A stretch of DNA of 63,269 nucleotides, counting the filler, from Rhabdomonas costata (taxonomy: Eukaryota): the NCBI GenBank assembly GCA_019059605.1. It is 43 parts of 43 records of this genome, joined end to end, with 100 filler letters (N's around TTAATTAATTAA, not from the genome) between each part and the next. Parts side by side here need not be neighbours in the genome. Positions count along the whole stretch, not along the records: positions 13,253 to 14,626 come from JAHMHO010017853.1; positions 14,727 to 16,100 come from JAHMHO010017854.1; positions 16,201 to 17,574 come from JAHMHO010017855.1; positions 17,675 to 19,047 come from JAHMHO010017856.1; positions 19,148 to 20,521 come from JAHMHO010017857.1; positions 20,622 to 21,994 come from JAHMHO010017858.1; positions 22,095 to 23,468 come from JAHMHO010017859.1; positions 23,569 to 24,942 come from JAHMHO010017860.1; 35 more parts are not named here. The stretch is one strand, 5' to 3'. Under the pieces are notes generated by a model that had not been told where the DNA came from, made no database searches, and saw only the letters and a program-made list of their open reading frames with translations. Both the position numbers and the translations under genes were made by a program. How positions within the stretch are numbered: the stretch's first letter is position 1; each line of letters opens with the position of its first letter. Positions 13,650 to 25,177 of this stretch are shown here, piece by piece.

Positions 13650-14329
13650 GAGCTCAGAAACCGCACCAAGTACTTTTCCTATGACATCGTGCCCGTGTTC
13701 TCGGCTTACACCCGCAGTGCCCGGGAGCTGCTGCGGGAGGCGGTAATGCAGCGCCTGCACAGAGGTTGCTACCACCCTTACCCCTTTACGCGCCTCGATA
13801 GATAGACGATGCAGCCGGTGCCAGGTTTTAATCCGCACTTCGTCTCTGCACTGCGGGAGGTCAGACACCAACACTTCCCCCATAAGTCGGATGCGGATGT
13901 TCTGACGCTTAGCACTGGGAGTGGAGTGACTGCTCGTGCACCCACTTGGGTGCATTGGGTCCGTTGGGTACGTGACATGGCACGCATACACATAAACATA
14001 CACGTACACATACACATACACGCACCCTTTAGAATTTCAGCATTTCACTGACCTGGGCAGACTCCGGTCACGTCCGCACACAAGCGCAGAAGGCAAGGAA
14101 TGCCTCGATGCGTTCACACCAATACAGCCAGGTGGTGCAGGAACAGGAACCTATACAGTGCATGCCGGTGATTCATCTTGTTTCTCTTTGTGTAGGATAT
14201 CAGATCGTTCGCAGCACAGGCAGTGTTGGTGGCGGGTCTTCGGCTGCTTCGGGCGGGATTACCAGTGGGGGCACCCCTCCAGCCGCTGCGCGTGGGATGC
14301 TGACTTCAGAGCCGTCGTCGTCGGAAGAA
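13650..14329 (+). CDS. DEPDC5: DEPDC5/Iml1-like GATOR1 subunit; exons 13650-13764 and 14196-14329
   Basis: Spliced ELRNRTKYFSYDIVP...ARELLREAVMQRLHRG|YQIV resembles the Iml1/DEPDC5 motif (E)xxxQRLxQG(F/Y)QI(V/I); phase-1 GT-AG intron. Confidence 0.6.
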
Positions 14330-14447
14330 GTGTGCCCTGCGGGGTTTCATGGTGGTGCCCACCTCAATTAGAAGAGAAGTTGGATGAACGATGTAATATG
14401 TTCATGCCCGCCCCAGAACTCTCAGCATTGTGTGAGTAGGTTTCAGC

Positions 14448-14620
14448 TGGTTCATTTCAGCCTTCGGCCTTGCCTTCTCTTCCCCTTTCTTTCTGTTCTT
14501 TCTGGATGGACCAGATGCCTCGACAAGTGGATCCCCTCCTTTTGTCGAGGCATCTGGTCCATCCAGAAAGAACAGAAAGAAAGGGGAAGAGAAGGCAAGG
14601 CCGAAGGCTGAAATGAACCA
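14448..14620. repeat. Terminal fold-back inverted repeat (79-bp perfect arms, 15-nt loop), probable library or amplification artefact
   Basis: 14448-14526 is the exact reverse complement of 14542-14620, directly at the contig end. Confidence 0.9.
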
Positions 14621-14786
14621 ACAAAANNNNNNNNNNNNNNNNNNNNNNNNNNNNNNNNNNNNNNNNNNNNTTAATTAATTAANNNNNNNNNNNNNNNNNN
14701 NNNNNNNNNNNNNNNNNNNNNNNNNNTTTTTTTGTTATATTGACTGCTGATTATGGTGGGTTCTGCCCGTATTCTCTTTTTTGCAG

Positions 14787-15332
14787 ATCGTTGAAATTCT
14801 CGAAAGCTCGGAGCACATCGAGAAGATCTCCTCTTCAGTTGAGGCGAAGGTGAGGCAATTGCAATCTGCTGGAAAGCGATTTTGGCTTCGTTTTTCTTTT
14901 GGAAGCGTTGATCTTTGTATTAGGTGGATGTGTCGATCAGGCGCAGTACTGAGGATCTTATGAAGCATCTGAGTGAGTCTGTGGACAAGGTGTGGCCCAT
15001 CGCTTCGACACTCACGTACAGGGCCTCTTATTTTTTCTTCAGCTTTCATTATTTTGTTTTTGTTCAGTTAAAGGGAAGACAAGTCGCGTGTTTCGAGTTA
15101 TTTTCAATGGAGAGTGCTATGCTAGTGCCTTTTGGGCGTTGATGCTTTTTTCCTTGTTTCTTCCATTTTTTGTTGTCTGTCAGGTGTCGTCAGTGCTTCT
15201 ATTTCTTTCATTGCATTTTGTCGCTTCTCGCTCGTGAACATTTTTTTGGTGTATTGGTTTGTTTTCCCCTTCCTCCAAAACGTTAGGGAGGCGGTTCCTA
15301 TCGTTCCGATGCGATCGAAAGGACCCTGGCGG
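14787..15332 (+). CDS. Hypothetical coiled-coil protein; small exons 14787-14849, 14924-14989, possibly 15184-15192, and 15287-about 15332
   Basis: IVEILESSEHIEKISSSVEAK|VDVSIRRSTEDLMKHLSESVDK|...GGGSYRSDAIERTLA; phase-0 AG/GT boundaries with pyrimidine-rich introns. Confidence 0.55.
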
Positions 15333-16368
15333 GCTTCACTGAAAAAGTGTGTTTTGCCTTTGCCATTTTCAACGTTTCGGGTGGTGATTGCGGGAGGTGG
15401 ACATGCAGTTGAGCCCACCCAATGACTTCGCTCATAGCAATGGGGCGGATGCCCCCTCACGTTTGGGACCGCCCGGAAGCCAAGCGCTGGCGAATAGCTG
15501 CACGAGGGATGCATGGACATTTGCGTTTCCTAGGTAGCTCTAGGAAATACAGAGGCCGAATGCCAGTTGTGCCCCGTGAAGAGGCATGTGTAGCATGTTA
15601 TTCCCACGGATTTCCCGCAAGACATATTATCAGCCGATGCTTGAAGAGCGGGTGAATATATGCTGCGGAAGCATCTGTACAGAGCCCGCAGAAATAATGT
15701 GTGGATCTGAACTACTGCAAACCACCACCACCACCACAGTCACGGCCGCCCCTAGAGATTGAGTCGGATGCAAACGAACGAGTCGTTCAATCGCTCCCCC
15801 GACGAGTATCTTGCGACCGCTGTTTGTTTCGGTGGTTAGCAGGCGTTCTGCCCTTGAGACACAGAAGCGTGAGTTTAAATGACTCTTGGAGCTCATCCAG
15901 CAGGTGCCGTAAAGGTACACGACGATGAGCGATTCCTTACTGTGCAGAAGGGAAGCCCCATCCTCATACGCATAGGTGTCAGAGGAGAGAGGCGGTTATT
16001 TCCACAGGTCGTATGCTGGTATGCTAGGTATGTATGCGTGAACGTTGGCAGGCTAGAGGGCCGTATTGTTGTGATAGCTGCCAACGTTCACACAACACAA
16101 NNNNNNNNNNNNNNNNNNNNNNNNNNNNNNNNNNNNNNNNNNNNTTAATTAATTAANNNNNNNNNNNNNNNNNNNNNNNNNNNNNNNNNNNNNNNNNNNN
16201 GGGGGTTGTTGGGTTCGGGGCCATGTGCTGTGGTGTGAAAAGCTTCTTCGGCTCGACCGCAACCACCGCATAGTAATGAGATCGGCGAGGTGTTTTTTTA
16301 ATGAAAGCGAGAGAGGGGCGTGAAACCACAATACAAAAAGAGGTGGGAGCACTGTTATCCGCACATAC

Positions 16369-17098
16369 CGTTCAAAACGCCTGTGGCGCCCATCGCCACA
16401 GAGATCATCCGCATGGTGTCCCGAGCGATAAACACCGCGCCGGCGCCGTTGCCCGTGCCGCAGTACGCCGAGCTGGTGAACACCGTCAGCACCCGGGCCT
16501 GCTTGCAGAACCGGATCCCCTGTTGCTTCACCTCGTGGGCTCGGATGATGCAGTCGAAGTCGTTGTTGTTCAAGAAGGTGTCAATCGCCTACCAGGGCAG
16601 GACACACCCACACACATCACAAAAGATCTGTTCGAGGAGCCACATCATACATCGCGAGGAAGCTGCGGTTGCGTTTACTTGTAGCTGCTATCTTTGCTAT
16701 CTTCCACAGGTGATCACACGACTACTGAAGTACTTGACCGCATTGCTTGAACGAATTGCTGGCTGGCCCCTTTTGCCCATGAGCACATGTCGTTATTAAC
16801 CACATCCTCACCACACTCCACTGAAGGGTGATCATCCCAAGTTGGAAGATGAATGAAGAAGCCAAACAAACAAATGGATCAGGCAGTGTCGGGAGTGGTA
16901 GCGGATACGAGGGGGAGGGGGCGTGCCTGCTGGCCGTACACAACGATCTTGTCTGCATTCCTGGAGTGGTTGGGGCCGAAGCCCCAGGCGTCGAGGTAGG
17001 GTTCCTCTTCATTGGTCGCGGGGTCCCCCCACACCAGGTCCAGGGCGGCCTGGCGGAACATCGCTCGGGTCTGGTCGTCGCCAGGCTGCGGGTCCACA
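16369..17098 (-). CDS. Ser/Thr protein phosphatase (PPP family), C-terminal catalytic region; exons 17098-16927 and 16588-16369
   Basis: DLVWGDP...FGPNHSRN...VYGQQ|AIDTFLNNNDFDCIIRAHEVKQQG...VLTVFTSSAYCG matches the PPP motifs DLLWSDP, IRAHE and SAPNYC. Confidence 0.93.
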
Positions 17099-17285
17099 CT
17101 GCGAGGGGAAGCAGAAAAGAAGACCGGTGCGGGACAATATTCAGAAGGTAAATGCGCAATTCTACGCATCAGGTGCACACCTTCGGCCACAATACACAGT
17201 AGCGAATCCCTGTATCAATCAATCCTCCTCCTGAACAACCAATTTTATTTTCTGGAGCTCGTGAAATGGGGAAATTGGTTCCCCC

Positions 17286-17412
17286 CTTTCCCCAACGTGA
17301 ATTTGGGCCGATTTTATCTGTGCGTTAGGAAACTGAAGTGGAATTTCTTTCCCCAACGTGAATTTGGGCCGATTTTATCTGTGCGTTAGGAAACTGAAGT
17401 GGAATTTCTTTC
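17286..17412. repeat. Perfect 61-bp tandem duplication
   Basis: ctttccccaacgtgaatttgggcc...gaagtggaattt at 17286-17346 is repeated exactly at 17347-17407. Confidence 0.95.
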
Positions 17413-17864
17413 TTCTTTTTATGTTGTCTTTTTATGTTCAGCAACGTTCACGGAATTATGACGCACCCGCATACACAGAGTTGTCGTCGCTAACCAACAG
17501 CTGGCGGCCGCCGCACAGGGGTAGCCCAAACACTTGTCGAATAACCAAACGCATGAATACGGACACCCCCCCCCNNNNNNNNNNNNNNNNNNNNNNNNNN
17601 NNNNNNNNNNNNNNNNNNTTAATTAATTAANNNNNNNNNNNNNNNNNNNNNNNNNNNNNNNNNNNNNNNNNNNNGGGGTTTGGTAAGAGAAATCGCAACG
17701 GCGGTGACCGAGGGAGGAAGGGCGACCCTGCAGGCGGATACGGAACCCGAAAATGGGGGTACTTGGTACTTGGTAATTGGGCATACAACATAGGACAGAC
17801 ATGCGCATTTTCCAAATCCAGGGAGAAGCTAACACACACAACACAACACACACACACACACAAC

Positions 17865-18681
17865 CTTTTGCTTCTCCCCGTCGACCTCGAAAAAGGCCAG
17901 CTCCCCCTTGCGGTAGATCAGCCTGCCCCCCACAGGGGCGCGGTGAGGGCAGTGCCGCTGAGGAGGTTTCACAAAAAAGCACTCCGATGCTAATTGAGAA
18001 CGTATTATGGAGAGAATCGATTGGTGGCGTCGGTTTTCCATTATCATTGGATCATTGAAAAATGTGTCCACACATGTGGATCAGCCGATGTTAGTGTGGT
18101 TGGTGAAGACTCATGACACGTCAAGGCATGGAAGAACGGTATGGAAATGGACCTTGGTATATCTTTTTTCACTGAAAGCCATATCATCCAGCGAGTATTT
18201 GCTGCGCAGAAGAAAAGCAAAGTTTGTGATCTGAAAACAGTGGGAAAAAATTGTGTTATTGCGGGGCTGGAGTATTGAACTGTAGCGTTAACGTCTGATA
18301 GGGTCAAACATTTCACTATCAAAGCGGCCCAAAAAGTTTTAAACTGAATTCTTTTGCTCACCTAAATCCAAAAAATATTGGCTTGAGAATCAGAAGGCGT
18401 TTCAGCTGTAAGCCACCGAAGCGCGTGATACAGAGGATGTCTTCAATTCACGTGGAACTGGGGGAGTATATGGGGGAGTAGATTGCATCGATGACCCGGA
18501 TAGGGGTCGGGGTTTCCACGCAGAAAAAGGCAAGGACCTGATGCGTGGCAAAGGTGCGGGCCTTCCGCATGTACAGCAGGCACCACTCGCAGACCAGCAG
18601 CCATGGCTGGCCCCGGGTAAGGCTCTCGGGGTACGGGGAGTAGTACCACGCGTCCACCTCCCACCGCCCGAACACAATCCA
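17865..18681 (-). CDS. MYST-family histone acetyltransferase (C2HC zinc-finger region); exons 18681-18538 and 17957-17865
   Basis: IVFGRWEVDAWYYSPYP...LLVCEWCLLYM...HQ|RHCPHRAPVGGRLIYRKGELAFFEVDGEKQK. Confidence 0.93.
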
Positions 18682-19854
18682 CTGCACAGAGAAAAAAACG
18701 AGGTAGCCCGCCTTCACCGACGCCAATAAGGGACATTTGCATCTGGGGGGGAGGCGTTAACGTAGTGCTGGACGTTTATCAGCGATACACGTTTCGGTTA
18801 GAAAGCCAAGACAATGAACGCTTCCCAGTAGATGAGAATACAAAAGGGATTCAAGTAATTTAGGTGCGAAGGACAGTCCCAGTCCGCGGTGCGATCGAAG
18901 CGGGTGGATGGGATGCTCCGTTTAGAAGTGCTAAATGCTTCCCCCCCTCCCCAACAACAAAATACAAGAGGCCCGACAAAACTACCACACCGGGGACGAG
19001 AAAAACCACCAGTATTCATCATAGTATGGGGCGGTACCCCACCCCACNNNNNNNNNNNNNNNNNNNNNNNNNNNNNNNNNNNNNNNNNNNNTTAATTAAT
19101 TAANNNNNNNNNNNNNNNNNNNNNNNNNNNNNNNNNNNNNNNNNNNNTTGGTGTGTTTGGGGTGTTGGGAACGGTGGGTGGTCAATTCTTTTTCTATTGG
19201 GTGCATTGGTGTGGGAAAGGTGTTGCGTGTGAGGCCATGGTTCACTGGTGTGTTGCGCTATTGCTGTTATCTCACATTCCTTGGAGTGTGAATCTGAACT
19301 TGTGTCTAGGTATGTGACTGAACTGGATTGGGCTGTCTTAGGGTTTATTGCGTCTACGGAGCATTGTATCGTCCTAGGTTGTGGTGATGGTGGTCTAGTT
19401 CTTAGTAATTCAAGAGCTCCACCCATTGACAAATTCTCAGCTGTAAGAACACCACTACTGTTGCCGCGTTGCAAATGCTAGAACGCAAAACCACAAACCA
19501 AATTATTAGCTGCGTATTTGCGTTATTTTTGCAAACGTAAAAAAGTAGCTAATCGCAGCGGGAATGAGCTTTGGATTCTGAACATCGAGGCCTCCGAAGC
19601 GAATTGGGAGACAACTCTGATACCACACGCGATCGGGAAGATGGCTGGCCAGTTAAAAATGCAGTGTAAGGTGCGCCGGTGCAAAGGAATCATTCGTTCA
19701 ACTCACATTCCTTTTTCAACATGAATGCGAATTACCTTTTACCAGAGAGCTGATAGCTTTTCGATACCGGAAAAATTGAATCGTTTGGTCGTTTGGTTCC
19801 ACATAACCAGCGAAGAGCATCTCCCATACTCTCTGGTTGGGTTCTTTCTTCTGA

Positions 19855-20437
19855 TTACCGAATAACTAACCCCTCCGGGTTCAGATACATCGCCCCCGGA
19901 AGATATGGAGCGTAACCCTCAGCACGCCGGTTGCAGCACGAATGAGGCCCAGGGGGAGGATCCGGCTCGCTGGCCACGGTACTGAACTGATTGTAAAGCA
20001 TAACTGTTTGATCAGCGGTGTAGTGAGCGTGGTAATGTCGTCCTGCAAAAGGCAGAAAAACGTCAGAGGAATAGAGCAGTCCATCCAATAAGGAGAAACA
20101 GATAGTTTCCAGCAAAAGGGAACATCATGTTTTGTCGAAACAATGGTTGGAACAACATAGCTTTGATGGTACGCGAAAACGGCGCTTGCATAATCACTCT
20201 CCCAACATACACGGAACTGAGAGAAGGTTTGCGCAGAGGCAGCGCCGCAACTCATTTCAGCCAAAGCTCAGCAATTAACAAGCCAGCATTCTATAGGACA
20301 AGAAACCGAGCTGAACCTTTCTCTCTGCAAGCACACCGGGACCCTTCAAAACGTGGTGGCGAAAGGAAGACCACTCAACATTATCAGGGGACAGCTCCAC
20401 ATATGGGCCATGGTCGCCATAAAGGACTCGAGTGTAC
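19855..20437 (-). CDS. Hypothetical protein with YxRVLYGDHGPY / GYAPYxPGxxY motifs; exons 20437-20337 and 20042-19855
   Basis: YTRVLYGDHGPYVELSPDNVEWSSF...KGPG|RHYHAHY...LYNQFSTV..EPDPPPG..S..NRRAEGYAPYLPGAMYLNP*; frame-preserving GTGTGC...TTGCAG intron. Confidence 0.75.
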
Positions 20438-21538
20438 CTGCACAGATGTTTTAGCTTTCGGTTTCGGCTCAAAGGCACACAGAAACCGGAATTTAATGTT
20501 CTCCACCCAATACCACAAAACNNNNNNNNNNNNNNNNNNNNNNNNNNNNNNNNNNNNNNNNNNNNTTAATTAATTAANNNNNNNNNNNNNNNNNNNNNNN
20601 NNNNNNNNNNNNNNNNNNNNNGTGGGGTGTGTGAATCCGGCGTTGCGCATCCGAAGCGATCCCAAAAGTAATGGGACTGTAATGTGGATAGCATGCATGG
20701 AATGAGTTCACAACAGAGAGTTGTCTAATTTGATGAATTTTTTCTTTAAAAGAGCTGAAATTGCGGGTACATTTCCAAATATATCTTTCCATACACCAAA
20801 TAATTAGCACACAAATCACAAAATATTATCGAGATCTGATACAAAAAGAAACCCATTCGGACCCTGTAGGCGTAGGAGTAGCAAACACACAAATAAAAAA
20901 CCGCCCAAGAGTCTTTTAACGAGAGGACGTCCAACAAGTGCAAAAAGACCAAGAAGAATACAATTCACTTTATTGTTACAAAGTGCCTAGATTTTGTAAT
21001 ATTGCTCTTTGTTCTTTGACTTTCTGCGGAGTGATGTTTTCCAAGTCTCTTCCATGCCACCAATTTGTCGCACTCAAGACGGCGCCGAATTTTCTGGTGC
21101 CGAATGGTCCGAACATATAGATAGCAGTTTACGGTACTTGAAGCTTGGCGGCATTGGCTGCTGCCATCACACCTCGCATCCACCAGTGCCTCTGTGTGCT
21201 CCAGTTGCGCAGCAGGCGTACACGTCGTTCGTGACGACTCCTGTGGCGCATTTATTGCAGCCGATGCAACTGAATGTGGTGCAGCACACCTCGTTGGATC
21301 CCACAACCATGACCTTTGCCTCTGTAAATATCTCCTCGCCATGCCTACGCGCATGTGACAAGTGCGCACCCAGAGCTGGAATCCATATGTAGCAACATGA
21401 AACGTGAAGAGAGTCGTGAGTGGCGTGGTTGTTTCACATCCATATCATCTGTCTCTTTAGGCTCTTTGAGCTGCTTCGAGCCCTTTGCCGCAGAGTAAAC
21501 AGCCGTCTGGATCTGGTGAGGTTGCTTGGGGAGAGCCA

Positions 21539-21991
21539 TCAAGCATGCTCCAGCGACGCCGTTCCGGACCGCCGGGCCGGAAGCACCGGACTCGAGGCCG
21601 CGAGAGCAGTGCCGACGTTCTGCTCGCTGCGGCGCAAGCGTTTGGCAAGCCACATGGCCATAGCTAGGTGGAAGTCCCTCAGCATGATTGAGAGCGGCCA
21701 CATCTCCAAGGGAGCGGAAAAGCGCTGGAGGTCGGCCAGAATCAGGGCGACGGCGAGTTGCGGAAGGTGCGCCGCCACCCACGCGGGTGGAAGGGCGGCA
21801 CAGCCAGAAACGGGGCTCTGGTGGACGCGGAGCCACAGTTGTGCGGCAAATACCGCACAGTCACCTGAACCCATGGCCGGGCAACCGCAGACCATGTGGA
21901 GGTCGTCCTCGATAGGACCCGCAGCATGGGCAGTGTGCAGGAGGCTGACGCCGTGTACGGGCGTGGCGGTCAGAGGTGACCAGGGCCCCAC
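21539..21991 (-). mobile_element. Decayed non-LTR retrotransposon, C-terminal CCHC zinc-knuckle region
   Basis: HCPCCGS then a frameshift to IEDDLHMVCGCP, reconstructing the C-x2-C...H-x4-C knuckle typical downstream of LINE reverse transcriptase. Confidence 0.6.
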
Positions 21992-22855
21992 ACANNNNNN
22001 NNNNNNNNNNNNNNNNNNNNNNNNNNNNNNNNNNNNNNTTAATTAATTAANNNNNNNNNNNNNNNNNNNNNNNNNNNNNNNNNNNNNNNNNNNNGGGGTG
22101 GGTGGGTGTGGCACGACCACTTTGCTGGTCCGGCCCTCAGTGTCAGCTCTCAGTTTTCCTGTTGGGTTTATCCGTTCAAAATGCCGAGAGTTTCGGCTTT
22201 TTTTTTGCCGTTGGGGTCGGGCTTGGCCCACCCAGTTGGCGCTGCTGCATATGCCTTTGTTGGCGGTTTCCCCGCTTGGGCTGTGTGTGCGGCGGCAAAG
22301 ACTTTCGAACCTTCCCTGCCACTCTGTAACTTGGCATCCTGTTTGCTCTGTGAACGGGTAATAGGAAGCGTTGGCCACGGTTGACTACGGTGCCGCTGCG
22401 GTAATGCTGCTGCGATGGAGCATTTGTTGAGTGGAAGACCGATTGGAGATTTGCCGGCAAGGCAATGATGAGTATCTTTAACCACGGATCCTCCTTTCTC
22501 CACAACTCACCTACGTGTTTCTGGATTCCTCCATGCTGTAAAGCTGGTCCCCTGGTCGATGCAAGGATCTTGTCCAACGAATCCGTTGTACGCAGTCAAG
22601 GATGTCGCCCTTTCGTTTTCTTAATGGGTCCGTTTTGACGGGAACTTCAAGGCATATCAGTGGTATTGGTCATTTCCAAAAGAAAATTGGTGGTTGGCTG
22701 GGGTGATAACTTTGAGGAAAGAAATGAAGGCGTGTTCTCTGCGAGCCTGCATTCAGTGGACGAAGCTGAAGGTCAGCGAATTCAACTGTGGGAGAGGAGC
22801 AAAAAAATGCCTCTTTTTCATTCAGTGTTTTATTTTTTGCAATGACCGAGTAAAC

Positions 22856-23017
22856 ATGGCAGGGCCAGGGCCAGTTTTGATCGGAGTTCCTCTTGGCTTC
22901 GTCGAGAACCTGTTTGACTGGAACGCTAAGCAAGAGCTTGGCCAGGGCACTTTTGGGATCGTCTACAAAACCACCTGCACCACAAACCGTGGCATGGAGG
23001 GCTTCCATGGAATGCAG
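22856..23017 (+). CDS. Protein kinase, first exon (subdomain I)
   Basis: MAGPGPVL...FDWNAKQELGQGTFGIVYK contains the GxGxFGxVY glycine-rich loop. Confidence 0.8.
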
Positions 23018-23379
23018 GCGGGGGCAACGTTTGACCGTTTTCCGACAGCTTCCGGTTATTGTCGTGAGTCGTTTCCCTCCTATTCCCGCACTCCCATTAA
23101 ATATCTTGAGGAGAGCAAGTACATGCAGAATGGTGTCTTGTGAAGGTTACCCTTGCTTTCGCAGCAGAACCAAGGAGGAAAACAACTCCCTGTAAGCGGT
23201 GCCTGCTGTGCGCTGCACATTTGCGTCCGTGGTTGCTTCTTTCTTTCTTGCCCTAGGGCAAAACGGAACAACGAAAAAATGACAAAATTACATCACTGAG
23301 CAGCGCGAACAAGTAAAGGGGAACGCCACGGCATGGTGGTTGCCAACAGAAGGAAAGGTGGGATAGTGCGCAGGCACGC

Positions 23380-23436
23380 CTTGGCCATGATCTGCACGGT
23401 GTCACTGATGGCACAGCTGACCATCACATTTCCATC
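23380..23436 (-). CDS. Putative 57-nt internal exon of an unknown gene
   Basis: cttcttccgcgcag|DGNVMVSCAISDTVQIMAK|gcgtgc; phase 0-0, GC3-rich. Confidence 0.45.
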
Positions 23437-23579
23437 CTGCGCGGAAGAAGAGGCCGAGCACACCACAANNNNNNNNNNNNNNNNNNNNNNNNNNNNNNNN
23501 NNNNNNNNNNNNTTAATTAATTAANNNNNNNNNNNNNNNNNNNNNNNNNNNNNNNNNNNNNNNNNNNNGTTTGTGTGTG

Positions 23580-24323
23580 TGAACACTGTGCTGGATGAGA
23601 ACAAGAAGCTGTGCCTGGTCTCTGGGGAGATCATCCAGATGAGCAAGTACATGACGATGATGTTCGAGGTCGAGGATCTCGCCGTGGCCTCCCCCGCCAC
23701 CGTCAGCCGCTGTGGTGTCTGCCTCTCCCCGCGAGCGTGCGTCTGCGCATTGTGATCTCTGGTCGTTGTTCACACACAAGCCGCGCATACAAGCAAAGAT
23801 GCATGAATGTGGAGGTCGGTATTTTTAGATCCAACGGTCTACATGCTAACGCGGCCAACGCCCGTAACTCAGAACCCAAAGAATATCCAACCATGATTTC
23901 TCTGGACCTCTGTCACAGGCTATGCATCGCAAGCCCGTGTCTTGGGCAAAACCCTAGTAGGAAATTGTGATAAGTGCCGGTGAGTGAAGATTCGCTCGTC
24001 CGTGGGACAGGAAGGGGTTCGAGTTTTCCATCATCTCCTCCTCATCTTGCCAAGGGATGATCTACATGGAGCCCTCGACCAACGTGGGCACGGCGGCGCT
24101 GATCAAGTCCTGGCTGCTGCGGCTGCCGAAGCCCCTGCAGCCCTTCGAGGCGATGCTGCGCGAGCTGCTGGACACGTACCTCCCGCCAATGGTGGAGTTC
24201 GTGCCTCGGGAGTGCAAGGAGTACATCCCCACCAATGCTCCCAACCTTGTGTTCAGCTGCTTCCACATCCTGGACAGCTTCCTGAAGCCCCTGCTGCCCG
24301 TCCCCATCACCGCGCCCATCCAG
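23580..24323 (+). CDS. Axonemal dynein heavy chain, AAA2 region; exons about 23580-23714 and 24055-24323
   Basis: [51 protein letters not shown]. Confidence 0.97.
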
Positions 24324-25073
24324 GCGCGTGTTTTTCGTCTGCGTGTGCGTGTGCTTTTGTTTTTGCTTGGCTCTTCCACCGTCAGAAGCATTGGTCCATC
24401 CAAATGAGACACCGAGTCATTGGATAAGCGAACTCGCAGGTTGCAAAGTAGACCGAGGGAAAGAGCCGAACACCACCGGATAAGAACAAGCGCAAGGACT
24501 TGAACTTCCAAGTCCCAGTGATAACTAAGGGCGCCAAGAGAGGGCGACGTGGGTGCGGCTCTCCGTGGTCAGAAATAATCAAATGAGGATCGCTGAAGAA
24601 GACGAGAAGAGTGGCCTCTGGCAAGGCAGAAGTGCTCCCGAGTTTCCTAGAACTGCGGCGGTATGCGCCATTGAGGTTTCCCAAGTTTTCCTCCCTCTAG
24701 CAGCAGAGGGAAGTTTTAGCACAAGCAATGCGTCATGCACGCTTTGTCGCGTTCCAACCCGGAGAGGGTTTTCATTCCCCCCCCCCCGTCCAGATTTCGG
24801 ACGCATTTACTAAGGAGCTGGGCTGAGATTCGAGACAGCAGACAGCAGTCAGTCCGCAGCTGCCCGCCCGACCTTGGTTTCACACACACACACCTACATG
24901 CACACATGCACACATTCACGCATGCACGAACAAACACCCCCCNNNNNNNNNNNNNNNNNNNNNNNNNNNNNNNNNNNNNNNNNNNNTTAATTAATTAANN
25001 NNNNNNNNNNNNNNNNNNNNNNNNNNNNNNNNNNNNNNNNNNGGGGTTTTTTACTGTGCAATGTTGTCTGCAG

Positions 25074-25177
25074 AGTGCATATGGCGCAGTATTTTGCGGA
25101 CCACGACAAGGCGGTGTTCTGCCGGTCCGACATCTGCCGCCCCAGCTCCCCGTATAGCATTCCTGAGAAGCCGCACG
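25074..25177 (+). CDS. Putative internal exon, unknown protein
   Basis: ctgcag|..VHMAQYFADHDKAVFCRSDICRPSSPYSIPEKPH|gtgcag; GC-rich island between splice sites. Confidence 0.45.

Noticed and set aside
14448-14620. Long hairpins (also 26518-26599, 33660-33784, 41085-41155) as miRNA precursors or hairpin telomeres
   Set aside because: All lie at contig ends, are perfect copies of adjacent sequence, and some interrupt exons (articulin, cyclase); typical self-priming or template-switch artefacts.
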